From Lepidodermella squamata (taxonomy: Eukaryota > Animalia > Gastrotricha): a stretch of DNA of 64,000 bases. Location: positions 124,001 to 188,000 of the forward strand of contig JBLDXI010000017.1 in NCBI GenBank assembly GCA_047495785.1, given 5' to 3'. The translations under genes and the position numbers were made by a program. The notes under the pieces were generated by a model that saw only the letters and a list, made by a program, of their open reading frames with translations, made no database searches and was not told the origin of the DNA. Below, piece by piece: positions 24,000 to 37,400 of the stretch. The number at the start of each line of letters is the position of its first letter. Positions within the stretch are counted from its first letter, which is position 1.

Positions 24000-26603
24000 T
24001 TCCGAGGCTGATTTAGATTAATTGGTTGAATTAGATTGAGATGAATTTGTACAATTACAGATGTACGCTTAATGACAAAATGCCAGCCTAACATTCTGCG
24101 TAATGTCAGTAACTATCGAGAACTGTCAGTAACGGTATTGACCCAATTTAGCACGCAATTAGGAATCGATGGTGTCCTAGACGATGGAGCGCATCTAAAT
24201 AGCAATGTCCCATTATTTGATATGTTATGATCCCCTACGTGACTCATGGTCTCTCATCTAATTGCAATAATTATTATGCCATTCAATCAAATCGCTGACG
24301 ACAAGCGATGAACTCGTAATGGCAGACCTGAGCATATAGTCCGCCAGTAATTCGTGGCAATTCAATTACACCATAAAGCAGTAATTAAAAATGTCAAAAA
24401 GTTCTCGAAAATATTCATCCCCGAAGGATTTTGCTCTGTTCCTTCTAGAAAATTCTGCATTCCGGTTCAGCTGTTAACGGTGGAGGTGGTGTCTTTCGCG
24501 TTACGTAGAGGACACTCATTTTGAGGTGTTAAAAAAACTTGCGTAACAGACTCGCTCTAATTGCCTGACTAATGAGAAGGTTATGCATTAATTAGCTAAA
24601 TTGTGAATCAGCTTAATTACTTTTCCCTCCTATCCACGCATGTTCGAGTTCCAGTTTCCTCTCCATTCCCGAAGGCCAAACAATAAATGCTCAACGAATT
24701 CTTCAACTATCTTTAGCGAAACTGATCACCGAATAATTATTGATAAAAAGCGACTCGCCTTGCATATTATCCGCTTGGATGAAATTCACGAAAGTTACGA
24801 GGGAACGGAAGATTTTCGACCTTGTTTCGGATTTCGGCTAAAAACTAGGAAAAGGCCTTGGATTTGGACAAATTCGTATAAGGAGCAGCAAGTAGAGCCG
24901 CAAAGTCAGAAATATGAGACCTAAATTGAACTTGATTAATGAGGACGAGCACTAATTGCTTCGATGTAAATCTCCGGAGACACGCAAAGCCACAACATGC
25001 TCTAAAATGGGTAACCCTTTAATATTGTTATGACGAAACTGCCCTGATTACACGTGTTTTGATCAGTATTTTTACCCGATTTCACAATTTAGCACTCATT
25101 GAATTCGATACAATGTCCTCTCTAATCAGGATTTAAAACGTACATCCGATAGAACTGAACCCATATTTCGAATTTAATTGTGCCGATTATGCCATAATTA
25201 ACTGAACTATTTCTGGAAATATGACTGATGATGATAAGGCTAAGTCATAATGACTGTTCGAGAATGGGGCCATGAACGGCTTATCTAATCCTTAATGTCG
25301 GCGGCTTCATGTTTACACACGTGTCCGTTCCATGACAGCAAAAATGCTATCTTAAGCGGTGGTTTATCTATTTATAAATCAGGCCATTTGCCACATACCG
25401 ACGCTGCTGCATGCGCTCCGACTTATCAGCGTGCGGTCTGGCAAATCCAGGGCAGTTAGACCAGTTTTTGCACTTGAAATGTCGCGTAAAAGAAATGTCG
25501 CTTATAAGATCGATGACATCGAGTGCATATTTATACGTGTTCAAGTTTGTTCAAGAATATAATTTTGTCGGACGGCAAGTCACCGACAAGAAATATGGGT
25601 AAACAGGTCCTAATTAGCCGGATCGAATTTTTCCAGATGACTTCTCTCACACCGGCTTCGAGCCGGCTAAATTACAGGAAAAATACGCTGTTTTTATCTC
25701 TCGATTCGATTTATTCATTTTTTAAAATCAACGTTTTTATAGTCATTTTCGACTTGGTTCGTAGAATGCGATAACAGCTTCCCGTAAAACAAATGGTGTT
25801 AGAAATGACACGACATGATATGTTCAATAAATTTCAATTTCTCCAAAAATCAAAAACATATAAAATAATAATTTATCAGGTTATATGATGATAAGAAAAT
25901 CGATTTCCAGTAGTTATGATACAGCACAAAAATCACAGAGTCGATCTCTACTACTCTTACACTTCCGACTTGAGAAACTCAAGTAATATGTCAGGTTTCT
26001 TCGTTCTCACCGGCAGTCGGTATTTGCAGACTCAAATTCCTACAAGGCAAGTTCGTCTAATATATCTATACATAAGTTCCCTCGTAACAGAATAGAAAAT
26101 AGATGATAGAAGAGATGATAGAAGCTTTAGGATAGCATGCAACACTCAAGTTCGTCCTACTACGATTGCAAAAGAAGAAAGTCCACCGTGTTTTTCGGTC
26201 TCAGTTTCAAAGCTATAGATAATAGATATAAGTAATAAAGTTATTAGGTTTACAGAAAGATCGTAGATTTTGAAAGGTTCATCCACCTCAAAACACTGCT
26301 CTCCAACGCGCGCCAATTTGAACAAACTAACTGCTGTGAATCGAAACGTGTGTAAATAAGAAGAAATCATTATAAACGCGACACGGACGGTGACAAGCCG
26401 GAAGTTGCCTTGCTATGATTTTTGTAGGTAACCGTATACCCTCTTAGCATAGCAAAGCAACTTCCTCTATGATGATATCAAAATAAAGAGAGATAGAAAA
26501 GAAACAATTGTGTGTGTCAATGATTCATAGTTATCTCCGAAATGAGCTTTTGGTGTTTGTAAGTCCAGAATGCTTGAAAGAATGGTTGAATGGCAGGCCG
26601 TGT

Positions 26604-26980
26604 CTAACCGCGCGCCGAGTGCTTCGGGCACCAACCTCGTTTAACGCAAGCTTGGCACGACAAATTCTGACAACAGCGAGGCTTGTCATAGCAGCAATTG
26701 TCTCCCAGCATTGTGCAGTATTCTTCGCGCTTGGTCAGCGGCAGGCCAACGCTCCGTCGCAGACGTTCTAGCAGGTTGGACCTTTCGACCAGTTCCTTCA
26801 GAGAAGACGCTGATTTTAACCGATACTGATGGTTGTCATCCATAAAGGCATTTGAAAGTGCTGTTGAAATTAAATTTCGATACATTGTTAATTGAATGGT
26901 TAATAAGTCTTCTTACCGATGATTTGCATTAGAAGGCAGGCCATGAACAGAACAGAAAGAACCGGTGGTAGAGTCTTCAT
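26604..26980 (-). CDS. Secreted cysteine-rich prepropeptide A (8 Cys), 2 exons
   Basis: Exon 1, 26980-26917: MKTLPPVLSVLFMACLLMQII. 56-nt GTAAG..TTTCAACAG intron. Exon 2, 26860-26604, stays in frame: ..RLRRSVGLPLTKR-EEYCTMLGDNCCYDKPRCCQNLSCQACVKRGWCPKHSARG*. Confidence 0.85.
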
Positions 26981-29187
26981 TTGGGGGCAATTCTTGCAAG
27001 GCATCGCGAACCTCTTATCGATAGATGGATATTGGATTATGTGTAAAAATAAATTCTATTTCCGTTTTAATAAGCCTGCGAATATTTTATCTAAAATGTG
27101 CGAGATGAAAAAATGTTGTTTGAAAATCAGATGTCCAACAAGCCGTTCGTTATATAGTGCCGGCAAAGTGCCGGTTAAGTAGCGCAGCGCTAATCTCCAC
27201 CTCGCGTCGCTGGATTTGAACTTTAAATTTATTGACAACGACAGTTAATCTTGCCGGCTTCGTTTACAATAAACTGCCTACACGATAGAACGTGTAAAAT
27301 TGGTGACTTTTTATAGGCATCCTTCGCGCGCGCGCGCGCCGCCCCCGTTTCGACACAAGAAATATGCCTGATGCGATACGTAACTAACTAGCAGACCAAT
27401 TAAAACTATCGTCTTAAAATGAGCGTGAACTTTTTTTCTAACTGGACAAACCGTCCCGTATAGCATTAAATTACAGTTGAAAACTCTTAATTGCGGGTGC
27501 ACTGTTTATATAAACCATTGTTAAAATACAGCGACGTTCCCTTGGCGATAACATAATCGAATGATAACAACTAGGCCTGTTATCGCCTGTCAAACTTAAA
27601 TTATGAATTACTAACCATAGCTGGGATAGAGCGAGAACGTACTCATTAATGACAAGTTCTCGACCCATCCCGGGACACATAATATCATAACTATCACATT
27701 CGTCCGACCTTACTGGGACTGTAATAGATGTGATACAATGGAATGCATCCTAATGGCTTGACCTGTCCTGTCTTTTCCCTTCGCTTGGATAATTCCTGCA
27801 AATGCAAGGAGAGTAAGAAGTCATGAAGGTTTGCAATGCTGCAAATGTAAGAACTCCTGTAAGCCTTTTACTGTAAATCCGTGATAAGTAAAGGGATTGA
27901 CTGACAATGTTGCTAAAAATTTCGTTAAATCGACTTGCCGGTTAGAGTCTTAGAGAAGCATTTAGTTGTACAAAGTTCCTCAGAAGCTTCTAATCCTATG
28001 TTGTGATCGGATTGAAAGGCAGGCTTATCAAACCCGAGACGGGGGATCAATTTTGCGATCAAATTGCAAGGTTTCACTATTACAACTTGTGATATGAATT
28101 AATTAATGATAAAGAGCGAGGCTGGACTCTGAAAAAAACGGCAGGCGCGCATAAAATGGAACACTTGAAGCGTAGAGAGCAGGGGGTAAAGGTTGCATGC
28201 CATGTGCATGTCATGTGTGCGGTTTTTTGTCACTCGGAAATGCGCAAGCTAAATCATCTAGGGATGAGCATGATCGGAAAATCACGCGCTTCCGAGGCTA
28301 AGTGTTTTGCTGTGCTGGATATCTGCAAGGTTATCATGACGTTTCTACGGCCGCGTTCTAGCTTTCTTAGACCCGCTCGAGCGCGATTAGAGTGCATAAA
28401 ACGACCATTGTTTTTTGCGCGCCGCTCACCTGGATGGGCACGATTGCGTAAATTAGAACCTAGATTGTCTTATTACCCGCGATCTGGTGTATAAATAACC
28501 AGTTTTTATTAGCGTAAAAGTCGTAAATATTGCCGATTTTTTTCTCGGCATTATTTACTCCTGACCATTAATTTTTATGCTTGTGTATGTATCGAGGTTG
28601 TAATTGGCGTACTGTTTTTTCCAGTATAATTTCAACAAAACGCGAGAATTTTCGATCATTTTGACCAAACAAGGGAAAGGCACGGTTGTGGTTATACTTG
28701 ATTATTTATGTGCGTGTGTATATTATGTTTGTTTCTAATTATTCGAGCGTGAAAAGCCGGCCGGTTTGCTGGTCACGTGCTGCCCGGCTCGAATTTCCGC
28801 TGCGCCCACTGGATACACGCACATACACACAACAAATTGCCCGTCTGTGTGATTATTGAAGGAAAAAACACGTTATCGTCTGTGCATAATGCACTCGTAA
28901 CTTCAATCGCGTCTTAGCAAAAAGTGCAAAGGTTTAATTTTTTTTAAATTCGACCTTACGAGACATATCCGTGCCCTTTGCCTTTTGCGGGATTCAATTT
29001 ACGCCACTCTATTTTTAAGCATCGTTTTAAATCAGACGTGTCAAGTTGCAAATTCGATAACACGACGGCGAATCAGGGCATTTCAAGTCTTTTTCAAGTT
29101 TATTTTTTTTCACCGAATATCAGCCATTGAAAAACACAAATGTCCTCGTATTTTTTGACGTGCTGTTACTTAGAACAATTTTCTCCG

Positions 29188-29499
29188 TCATCTGTGGGCA
29201 AAAATAATTATAAAAAGACGACAAGGAGTTTTCTCGAAAAATTGAAACCTTTTGCACCACTTGCGCCTGATGCATTCGCGGCATGAAAAAGGCTTTAGGC
29301 AACAACGAACTTTTTCTGAACAGCATTGCCTCACCGTTTTACTGTGACAAAATCTGTCGCTTTCGCTCTCGCCGTATCTGAAACGAGGGGAAGCCTGAGC
29401 TAAGACATCGCCGTCATCGTGGAAATAATGCTGGGCTGATATGCTGCCTATCATTAGGACGACTAGGGTGACTGCAAAAATATAGGGGAAAATAACCAT
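29188..29499 (-). CDS. Secreted cysteine-rich prepropeptide B (paralog of A)
   Basis: Signal MVIFPYIFAVTLVVLMIGSISA, acidic pro-region, RFR, then CHSKTVRQCCSEKVRCCLKPFSCRECIRRKWC-KR with the same Cys framework. Confidence 0.8.
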   Translation of the reverse strand: MVIFPYIFAVTLVVLMIGSISAQHYFHDDGDVLAQASPRFRYGESESDRFCHSKTVRQCCSEKVRCCLKPFSCRECIRRKWCKRFQFFEKTPCRLFIIIFAHR

Positions 29500-31478
29500 T
29501 TTTTAATTGAAAAAATAATGAAAATACGGATGATTTCAGCAATCAGCCTAAAATATTAACTAGAACTTACAAAATGAGACCGCAACTAGGGCTGATTTGC
29601 CTGCCATGTTTTTATCGGCGGTAAAAAAATCTGAGATTCTGTCTCGACCGTCAGAAATTTGAACGTCTGCTCACATGCCGTTTCATTTTACACCATTTTA
29701 TTCCGAAAAAAGTGATTAGCTATTCCGCCAGGCGCTGCTGTGTATAGTGAAAAAATGCGGTTCGCTGAGTTATAAAATGATTAATTGTTACTCACATCAC
29801 GACGCTGTCAGATGAATAAAAAACAAAATCACTCATCATCTATTTGCCGAGAATTTTTTTTACACTTTTATTTCCATCTTGCCATAAACATTTCGATTTG
29901 TCCTTCTGTTGTTTTTTTCCTCCCATCATACGAGTAGGAAAAAATATATAGATATTTCGGCCCAAATATGTTCGTATCACTCGTAATATAAAACACATGT
30001 ATAATTCTGTTGTTTTTTCCTTCGCACGATGTATATATAGAGAAAAATAAGATATTATATCAAGAACAGAGAGAAAGAAAAAACGAGAAAAAAATCAACT
30101 TGATACAAAGAGGTGCGCAGTTCGTTGTTGTTGTCGTAATTTCATGAAAAAATACCGCAAAAAAATAAGGAGGAGACATGCGCAAATCCAGAAATTTTTC
30201 AACAGCGCATCTAAAAAGAATGCAACTACAAATTCAAGCAGAACTAGGAAAGATGCGAGGACAATAAAATATAGAACGTGGAGCAAATTTTAGCAATATA
30301 TTCATTCATCCAGTCTACAATAATACGTTCAAAAATACCGATTTTTTTCGTTAAGATGTAGAAAATCAGGAAAAATATCGTTTTCTTCTCTTCTTCTTCT
30401 CCTTCATCAAGCAAAAATTAAACTGTAGTGAGAAAGATTCGAGTTGTATAACAGGGTTGGCACAGAGAAGAACGTTGCTAGAAGTTGCGCAATTTGTATC
30501 ATAATTTATAAATATATTTCAATCAAAATTTAAGCTCAAGCTATTCCGTCTACAAGCAACAAGACATGAAAAAACACTAAAAATTGTCGAGCTACTATAA
30601 CAAGAACAAGAAAGAAAAGAATAAGCAGGAAAAATTCCGAATATCGATAAGAGAATAGAAAAAAGATTTTATATTCAGCACGCGGCTCAGGTCATGAAGA
30701 CGCAACTTTTTATATATATATGGAATTTTTTTCAAGATTTTTTTCGAATTTTTACAGAGCAAGCAGATTTTTTTCAAACAGCCCGGGAAAAATTCAATTC
30801 ATCAAACGGCGCTGAAAAACATACGAATTTCTGTTCATCATAACCAATTCGTGCCGAAAATCAATTGCTGTACCAGACAGCGAATTGATTGACACCAACT
30901 TATTACATCTCATTTTTCGCGGAAAAACCGAGGAATTATTTTTTTTCGATATTTACCTATCAGAGGGGTGCACCGTTCTCTTTCATGATTTCACTCCTAT
31001 ATTAACAGGGCAGTCCGTCGAATTTTTTTCAATTTAATAGAGAATGTTGATGTGCGTTGTTTCAAACTTACAATAGGTAGTTAGGTAGGTAAAATAATAA
31101 TACAATGCAGTTGTTTGAGGATAGAAAAAATAGTCAAAACAAAAGGAAATTCATTATGTTAATTATTTTTTCATTCGTTACATTCAACACCGGCACGTTC
31201 GATAATTTATATATATTATACGATATAATGAGCGATTTCCATTCGATTTTTTTAGCACAAAAATAATAAGAAATCGGGCTATTTCTTTCATCGTTGTTTT
31301 CCAAGACCAAAAAAATAAGACCTGTTCGATGCTCGAAAACAAAATAAGAATTCGCTGAGTAAAAATATAGCGTTAACATTTCTTCAACTTTATACACAGA
31401 TAGAAAGAAAGTTCAAGATGAAGATGAAAATGCCGAATTAAATTAAATAAAATAACAAAATAAAACAACAAACAATCA

Positions 31479-34400
31479 TCACGCCTCAGTGTCAAATTTG
31501 TCGTCTTGTTCCGAAAAATCCGCGTTCAAACACACATCGGTCATTTGTAGACACAGGGTGTTGAGTTGGCTGTTCGCGAATGCCTCAGCCTCGAAATTTC
31601 TCGCCACCCCGGCCGAGCTGTTCTGCGGCGACAGCGCCAAGTGGCTGCCAGGCGGGCCGAAACTGCCGATGACACTCGAATTCGAGCCGTTGTTGCTCGT
31701 GCACCCGGACGACCCGGCGAGGGGTGAGTTGGCGAGGTTCCTGGACGCGCCCCACGGCTGCGTCCTCGAGGCGAAACTCATCATCAGCAGCGAATTGCCG
31801 GGCGGAGTTTGCGGGGCTGATTGCGTGCGGCCGAGCGGGGTTTTCGCGACTGAGAGCCCGCCGGGCGCCCCTAGGGTGGAGCCCTGGGCTGCCGCCGCCT
31901 GTCTGAATTGTTTATTCGCGAACCCGGGCGGCGCCTGGGGTGAGACTTGGCTCGGGGAGGGTTGCAGGGGTAGGAATTGGTCGACGAGTTGGTTCGTGGA
32001 GCCGCTTGTCGAGGTTGTTGTGACCTGCGGCGGGGTCATCGAGTGCGGCGGCGGGCGCCCGCTCACCATGGGTGACATGGCCGAGGCCGCCCGGAGCGAG
32101 TAGCTCGTCGCTAGCGGCATTCCAGGCCCGCCGTTTGTCGACTCGCCGTTCGAGGCGGAGGTCGACGAGGATTGTTGTTGTTGCTGGTCGAGCCAGAAAT
32201 TGCGGCCGGACGGGGAGCCGCCCGACGGGTTCAGAGAGAAGCCCTGGGAGAATCCGCCGTCGCCCACAACGCCGTTCGGACGCGAACCGGGCATACTAGC
32301 CGGAACAGAAGGACTTGCTCGCAGGTCGGACTGCATGGTACGCCTAATAGAAACGAACAGTAGAAAAAGTCCTCCTTAGTTTCGATCAATTTCATTAGTT
32401 CGACTTGAACTGATTATTCATCAATTTGAAAATAAAAAATTCATTTTTTTTATTTTCAAAACGAATTTTTGAAATTACAGTCTTCCTTAATATCTTGTCA
32501 GTTTTTCCCCGCCTTCTGCGTAGCAAATGACCCGGAGGATGAAAATTTCTGAAGACAGGCTAAAATTGCCCATCCTTTCGAATTCGCTTAAGCTAGCAGC
32601 GTATTTACTTTACGAATTCATGTCTTCCACCTTCGTGAAATATTTGATATAACATTTACAACCCATTTGCGGCCTGGGAGTAACACCTCACGAATTCAAT
32701 TCTCGAGATTCCTGAAGCTGCTTAATCCGGCTTTCCAAGGTTCAAATGCTTCGGTATCAATCTCGCCGAAACTTTCCCAGCCTAAGAATTTCGATTTTCG
32801 AATTGCTGTTGATCGGAAGAGGTTTCCGTAAACACTAAAATGAATCACGTTTTAGCACGTTTCAGCGATGAGTTTTCGCTTTTTCTCCCCATGCCGTTTT
32901 CTCGTTCAGATTAATTCATATTCTGACATTGGACTTCGACCGGGTAGTCACAGGTCAGCAGTAACCGGTAAAACTACACCAATTACGAGGTTAATATTCC
33001 CCACAGTTGTTGAACCTTATCTATTTCATAGAAATCCGTATCAGTCATTATGCTTTTCAATAACGATTGTGCTTTTTGAGCTTTTTGCAGTTCGATGATG
33101 TCATATGATGTTGAAAGACGTACAGATAAGTCGGATGTCAAACTGTAATGGTCAACGTCCTAGATCCCTAGGTGCTTGTTTCTCTCCCAATCATCCATAA
33201 AGTTGACCTTTTCAAGCTTCAACTGGACTTTTGCCCCAAAATCGACCCGGTTTGGACCTTAAATTGACATGTCAAGTCCAAACTCAAGTCTTACCGTAAC
33301 GAGTGGTAACTTTGGACAAAACGTGTTTTTCGAACATTAAAAATCAGCCTTTGCTCCTAAATTTTTGAATTTTTATCATAGGTGGGGACGGTGATTCTTG
33401 AATTTACTGCAAATTTTAAAAATTTTGAGAATTTTACCTGACCTTTGGCTAATTAATATGTGTTCCGGTAACTTTGGACAATTAGAGGGTAGCTTTGGAC
33501 ACTCATTTGCATATGCAATTTCATTGCAATTTCATTGTGAATTATCTGTTTTTCATGGTTTTCATTTAATATTAGGTCAGATTTCGAAAAAAATTATGAA
33601 CAGATGGCGCATCATCTGTTTCTCGGAATTTCAATAAAAATACGTTTCTGCGCAGCAGCATACTTAACCCGTCCAAAAGTGTCCAAAATTACCCCAATTT
33701 TCACCTGTTTTTCAGGTAAATGCCCTGCTAAAACGCGTCGACGGATTCCCACTTTTTCTTCGATTATAAGGATAGTAAGGGGGTCCCAAAACGGCACCCA
33801 AAGTACTGCTTGTAACTTGCAAAAACTGCTAGTAACTTTTTCTGAAATCCGATTTCAGCTCCAATCGTCTTGATTTTAATGTCAAACAAAAGCTGAAGAG
33901 ACGGAGCATTTTATGTGAAAACCCCCATGATTTAAACGTTCAACCCTGAAAAGTTGCAAACCTGCAAAGCAGAAAGTGTCCAAAGTTACCCTGTCCACAA
34001 TCACCACACGTTACGGTATTTTATTTCAAGAATTTTAACAATTTTCAGAGCTGAATACCTAATTTCCAAGGGACGCAATTTTCAATTTTACATATTAAGG
34101 AAAACTTTGAGAAATTTGTAATATTTTTTTGAATTTTTTGAATTTTTCAAATATTTTCAATTTTCGTAATTTTTGAATATTTTGTGAATTTTCGATGAAA
34201 TCGGAAAAACGCGGACCCAAATCAATTTCTTCCTCGTTTTTGAAAAAGCTGAAGTTTTAGTGAAGAAAACTCACGGTTTTCGATATCCCAAGCCACCGGG
34301 CGAAGCCGAGCCAGACATACCGCCCTGGCCGCCGGCGGGCGACCACTGCGAACGCGGCGACTGCGTGTGCACAAACGCCTGGCACCGCTGCTTCGTCTGC

Positions 34401-37400
34401 GACAACAACGAGCGATGCTTCTCGGTGAACGCCTCATGCTGCGCGCATTTATCAACCAGCTTAATAAAATGCACGAGCAAACTCGGTTCGACCTGCGCCG
34501 CCGTTTTAATCACAAAGTAGAACATGAGCCGGCCAATGAGCCGCGTCAACTGACTCGGCAAATCGCCCTCCTGTATCGTATCCTCGCCCATTATCCACTG
34601 CATGCTATCAGCAGGTATCGCCGCAGCCGCCTCGCTGCTACTCGCCTCAGTCACAACAAATCGCTTGAGGGGCGTGTTCATCATTTGATGCAGCGAGTCT
34701 AGAACGGCGCGAAGGTCGATGTTCGGGTTTGTTAGCAGTTCCTTCTCGAAATGGCGCAGTTGCGATTGGCGTTCTCGCAACTTCTGAATATTCTGCATAA
34801 TCTTATTCGTCGCGCCTTTAGTCACCTTGTGCGCCTCGAGCCATTCCTCCGTTAGATTGATCATCTCCTCGTAAGTCATTTTCTCGAACAGCGCCGTGTA
34901 TTTATGAAGGCGGAGGTTTTTCAGCCAAATCGGCACATCCCTCATGCCCGAGCCTTCCATAACGAAAACACAGCCCTGAGATGTGGAGAGGTTCGACGAA
35001 TTCGACGGGGTACCGGTTAGCTGGCGGTGCTGGACGAGGGAGGCTAGGCTCGCGCCTTCCGGCATCGTCCTCTGCCGGCTGATTTGCGCATGGAAATGGT
35101 TCTGGAGGCGCGGCGCGTGGTTGCTGTGGAACCCCGAGCTGCCCATGACCGGGGTGCCCACAGGGCCCTGGTTGTAGTTCGGGTGCTGGTACAACCCGCT
35201 GTTCTGGCCATTATTCGCCGTTGTTGTTGTAGTCGTACTAGTATTCGTATTATTAGCAGTTTGAGGAGGTAATGACGTTGCGTTGTTCGGGTTGTTTTCG
35301 ACCGGGAGCGACATGCAGACGCCCAGGGGTGAGTGCGAGTGGTGGGTGAGCGATGGCCGTTGAATGGGCGCCGGTTGCTGGGGCATCGCCGGGATTTGCT
35401 GGCCCATGATAGGCGCCATGAGTTCGGGCGGAATCAATCGAGGCGGCGAGCGGTGGTTCGAAAAATTCGCATCGTCATCACCGTCGTCGCTTGTTGCGTC
35501 ACCGTTTGTAACTATAGCCGGTAGACCTGGAAAATGATATAAAATTGTCAATTTCGCCGCAACACAGCCCCATTTAAATTATCAATTTGTGACGCAGATA
35601 GACCAAAACAAATTAGAATTGATTTGAAATCCAATGACTTAGTGTCCAGAATATGTCAATTACGGCGCTTTCTCTAATTTTTTATCCCATCAATCAAATG
35701 CAACAGACCTAGAACTGAGTCCAGGTAACTCTTGATACCATTCCACACCGCTTAATGTGAAAACACTGACATCTCAATCACATTCTGTTCCGCTTACCGG
35801 TGGAATTAAAATGCAAACGAGTTAATTTATCACGATTACGAGACGTTACGTGGTCAGTGACGCACATCTTGTCGGTAAACATGGAACAACTGTAAAATCG
35901 GATATAATTAGATGATCTTGGGGACAGATTGAACTTTGAAACAGCCGTGTTTACTCGGACGGTGTACCACATAGCTACAAGTCACATGATTCAACAATCT
36001 GAGGCAACATAAATCAGAGCATCTGAGAGCGAAGAGCGAACCCAAATTGCATGTTGCGGAACCTAATTTAAGGTTCGCTTTTTAAATATTTCTACGAAAT
36101 TAAGGCGATATATGAATTTTATAGTAAAGAATGCGTGTTATAAAGAATTTCACGCTGAATTTAGAGATGATTTAATTAAAATTATGCCGATCAAACATGG
36201 CATCTTTGAAGGTTTCCAGAAGTGGTTTTAGGCCCATTGAAAATTCCAAAATTTTTAGCGAAATACGCCAAAATATTCGTTTTCAAGCTAAAATCGGGGT
36301 GTATCACAAGAATTTAGGAGAAATTAGTGAAGATTACGTTTCAAAATCAAACAGAAAATAAATCATCAACGGAGACAAAACTTTAAACTAGGAAAATTAG
36401 GTTGGTGAAAAAATTGCAAATTAAAAACATTACCGAAAATTTGATATGAACAGCAAAATATAGAAAATTTAGATAGCACACCCGATATTGCGAAAATCAA
36501 AATAATCGAAATAAACATTGGATAAGCCTTGCTAGCTCGCACATGGCTGATTTACTAGCCCGAATTTCTGTAAATTAGATATCATCTACCTTAAATTTTC
36601 ACATGCCATTCGAGCCAATTTGTTGTTGAATTAAAGCGCAAAAATATACTACGTAAATAGGTATAAAAGCTCATTTTGTCTCGACAGTTGAAGAGAGTTT
36701 GGCTTCCTATATTATGGCATTTATAGTATCACGTAATTGTACACAAATTCATCCCAATTATTAAGAAGTGGCCCGGAATTTAATCAAGCTAAAAATGGAA
36801 ATAACTATTTACCCATTGACCTCAAATCAAGGCCGAAAATTTAGCATCACAAGTAATACAAAAATTGCGACATAGTCAATGTCCCTAGCACAAAACTAGA
36901 ACTATTCGACGTAACTGTAGCATTTCCACAGAAAAATACAGCCCATATTGGACAAGGAGTTTTGATTGATAAACTTTGGATATCAAGTGTCAATTGGTTA
37001 GAGGACAGTTCATCACTAAGAGGTCAAGTTCAATTTTGTTTATAATAATCAAATTAGCGAAAATTCAATTTTTAAATAAAATAAAACAAATTAAGGAGGA
37101 CGCAACGTACCACCGCAATTCGACGTCTGAACAAGGTGATCGCGCACATCGGGCTGAATGACGGCGAGGGCCTGCACGAGGCGCTGCACCTGGCCGTCGT
37201 CGGTTCGGTTGATGCAGTGCATCAGCATGTTCGCGTACAGGTGAACCAGTTTGGCGCACTGATCGCCGGGCGGCGTCGACGCGCTACCACCACCGGCGGC
37301 CGATGATTTCGGCGACAGTTGAGCGACGGGCAGCAGCTGGGCGAGCTCGCCGAGCACGTCCGGCACCTGGTCGGCTTGAAAGGCTCGCGTGTACAAATCG

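Noticed and set aside
27780-27885. Plus-strand RRVRSHEGLQCCKCKNSCKP as a third Cys peptide
   Set aside because: No ATG or signal peptide in frame, an upstream stop, a different Cys spacing, and the opposite strand.
31489-32363. Long antisense ORFs over Smaug exons (also over CFAP36, atlastin, PCMTD1)
   Set aside because: Expected shadows of GC-rich coding sequence, with no independent features.
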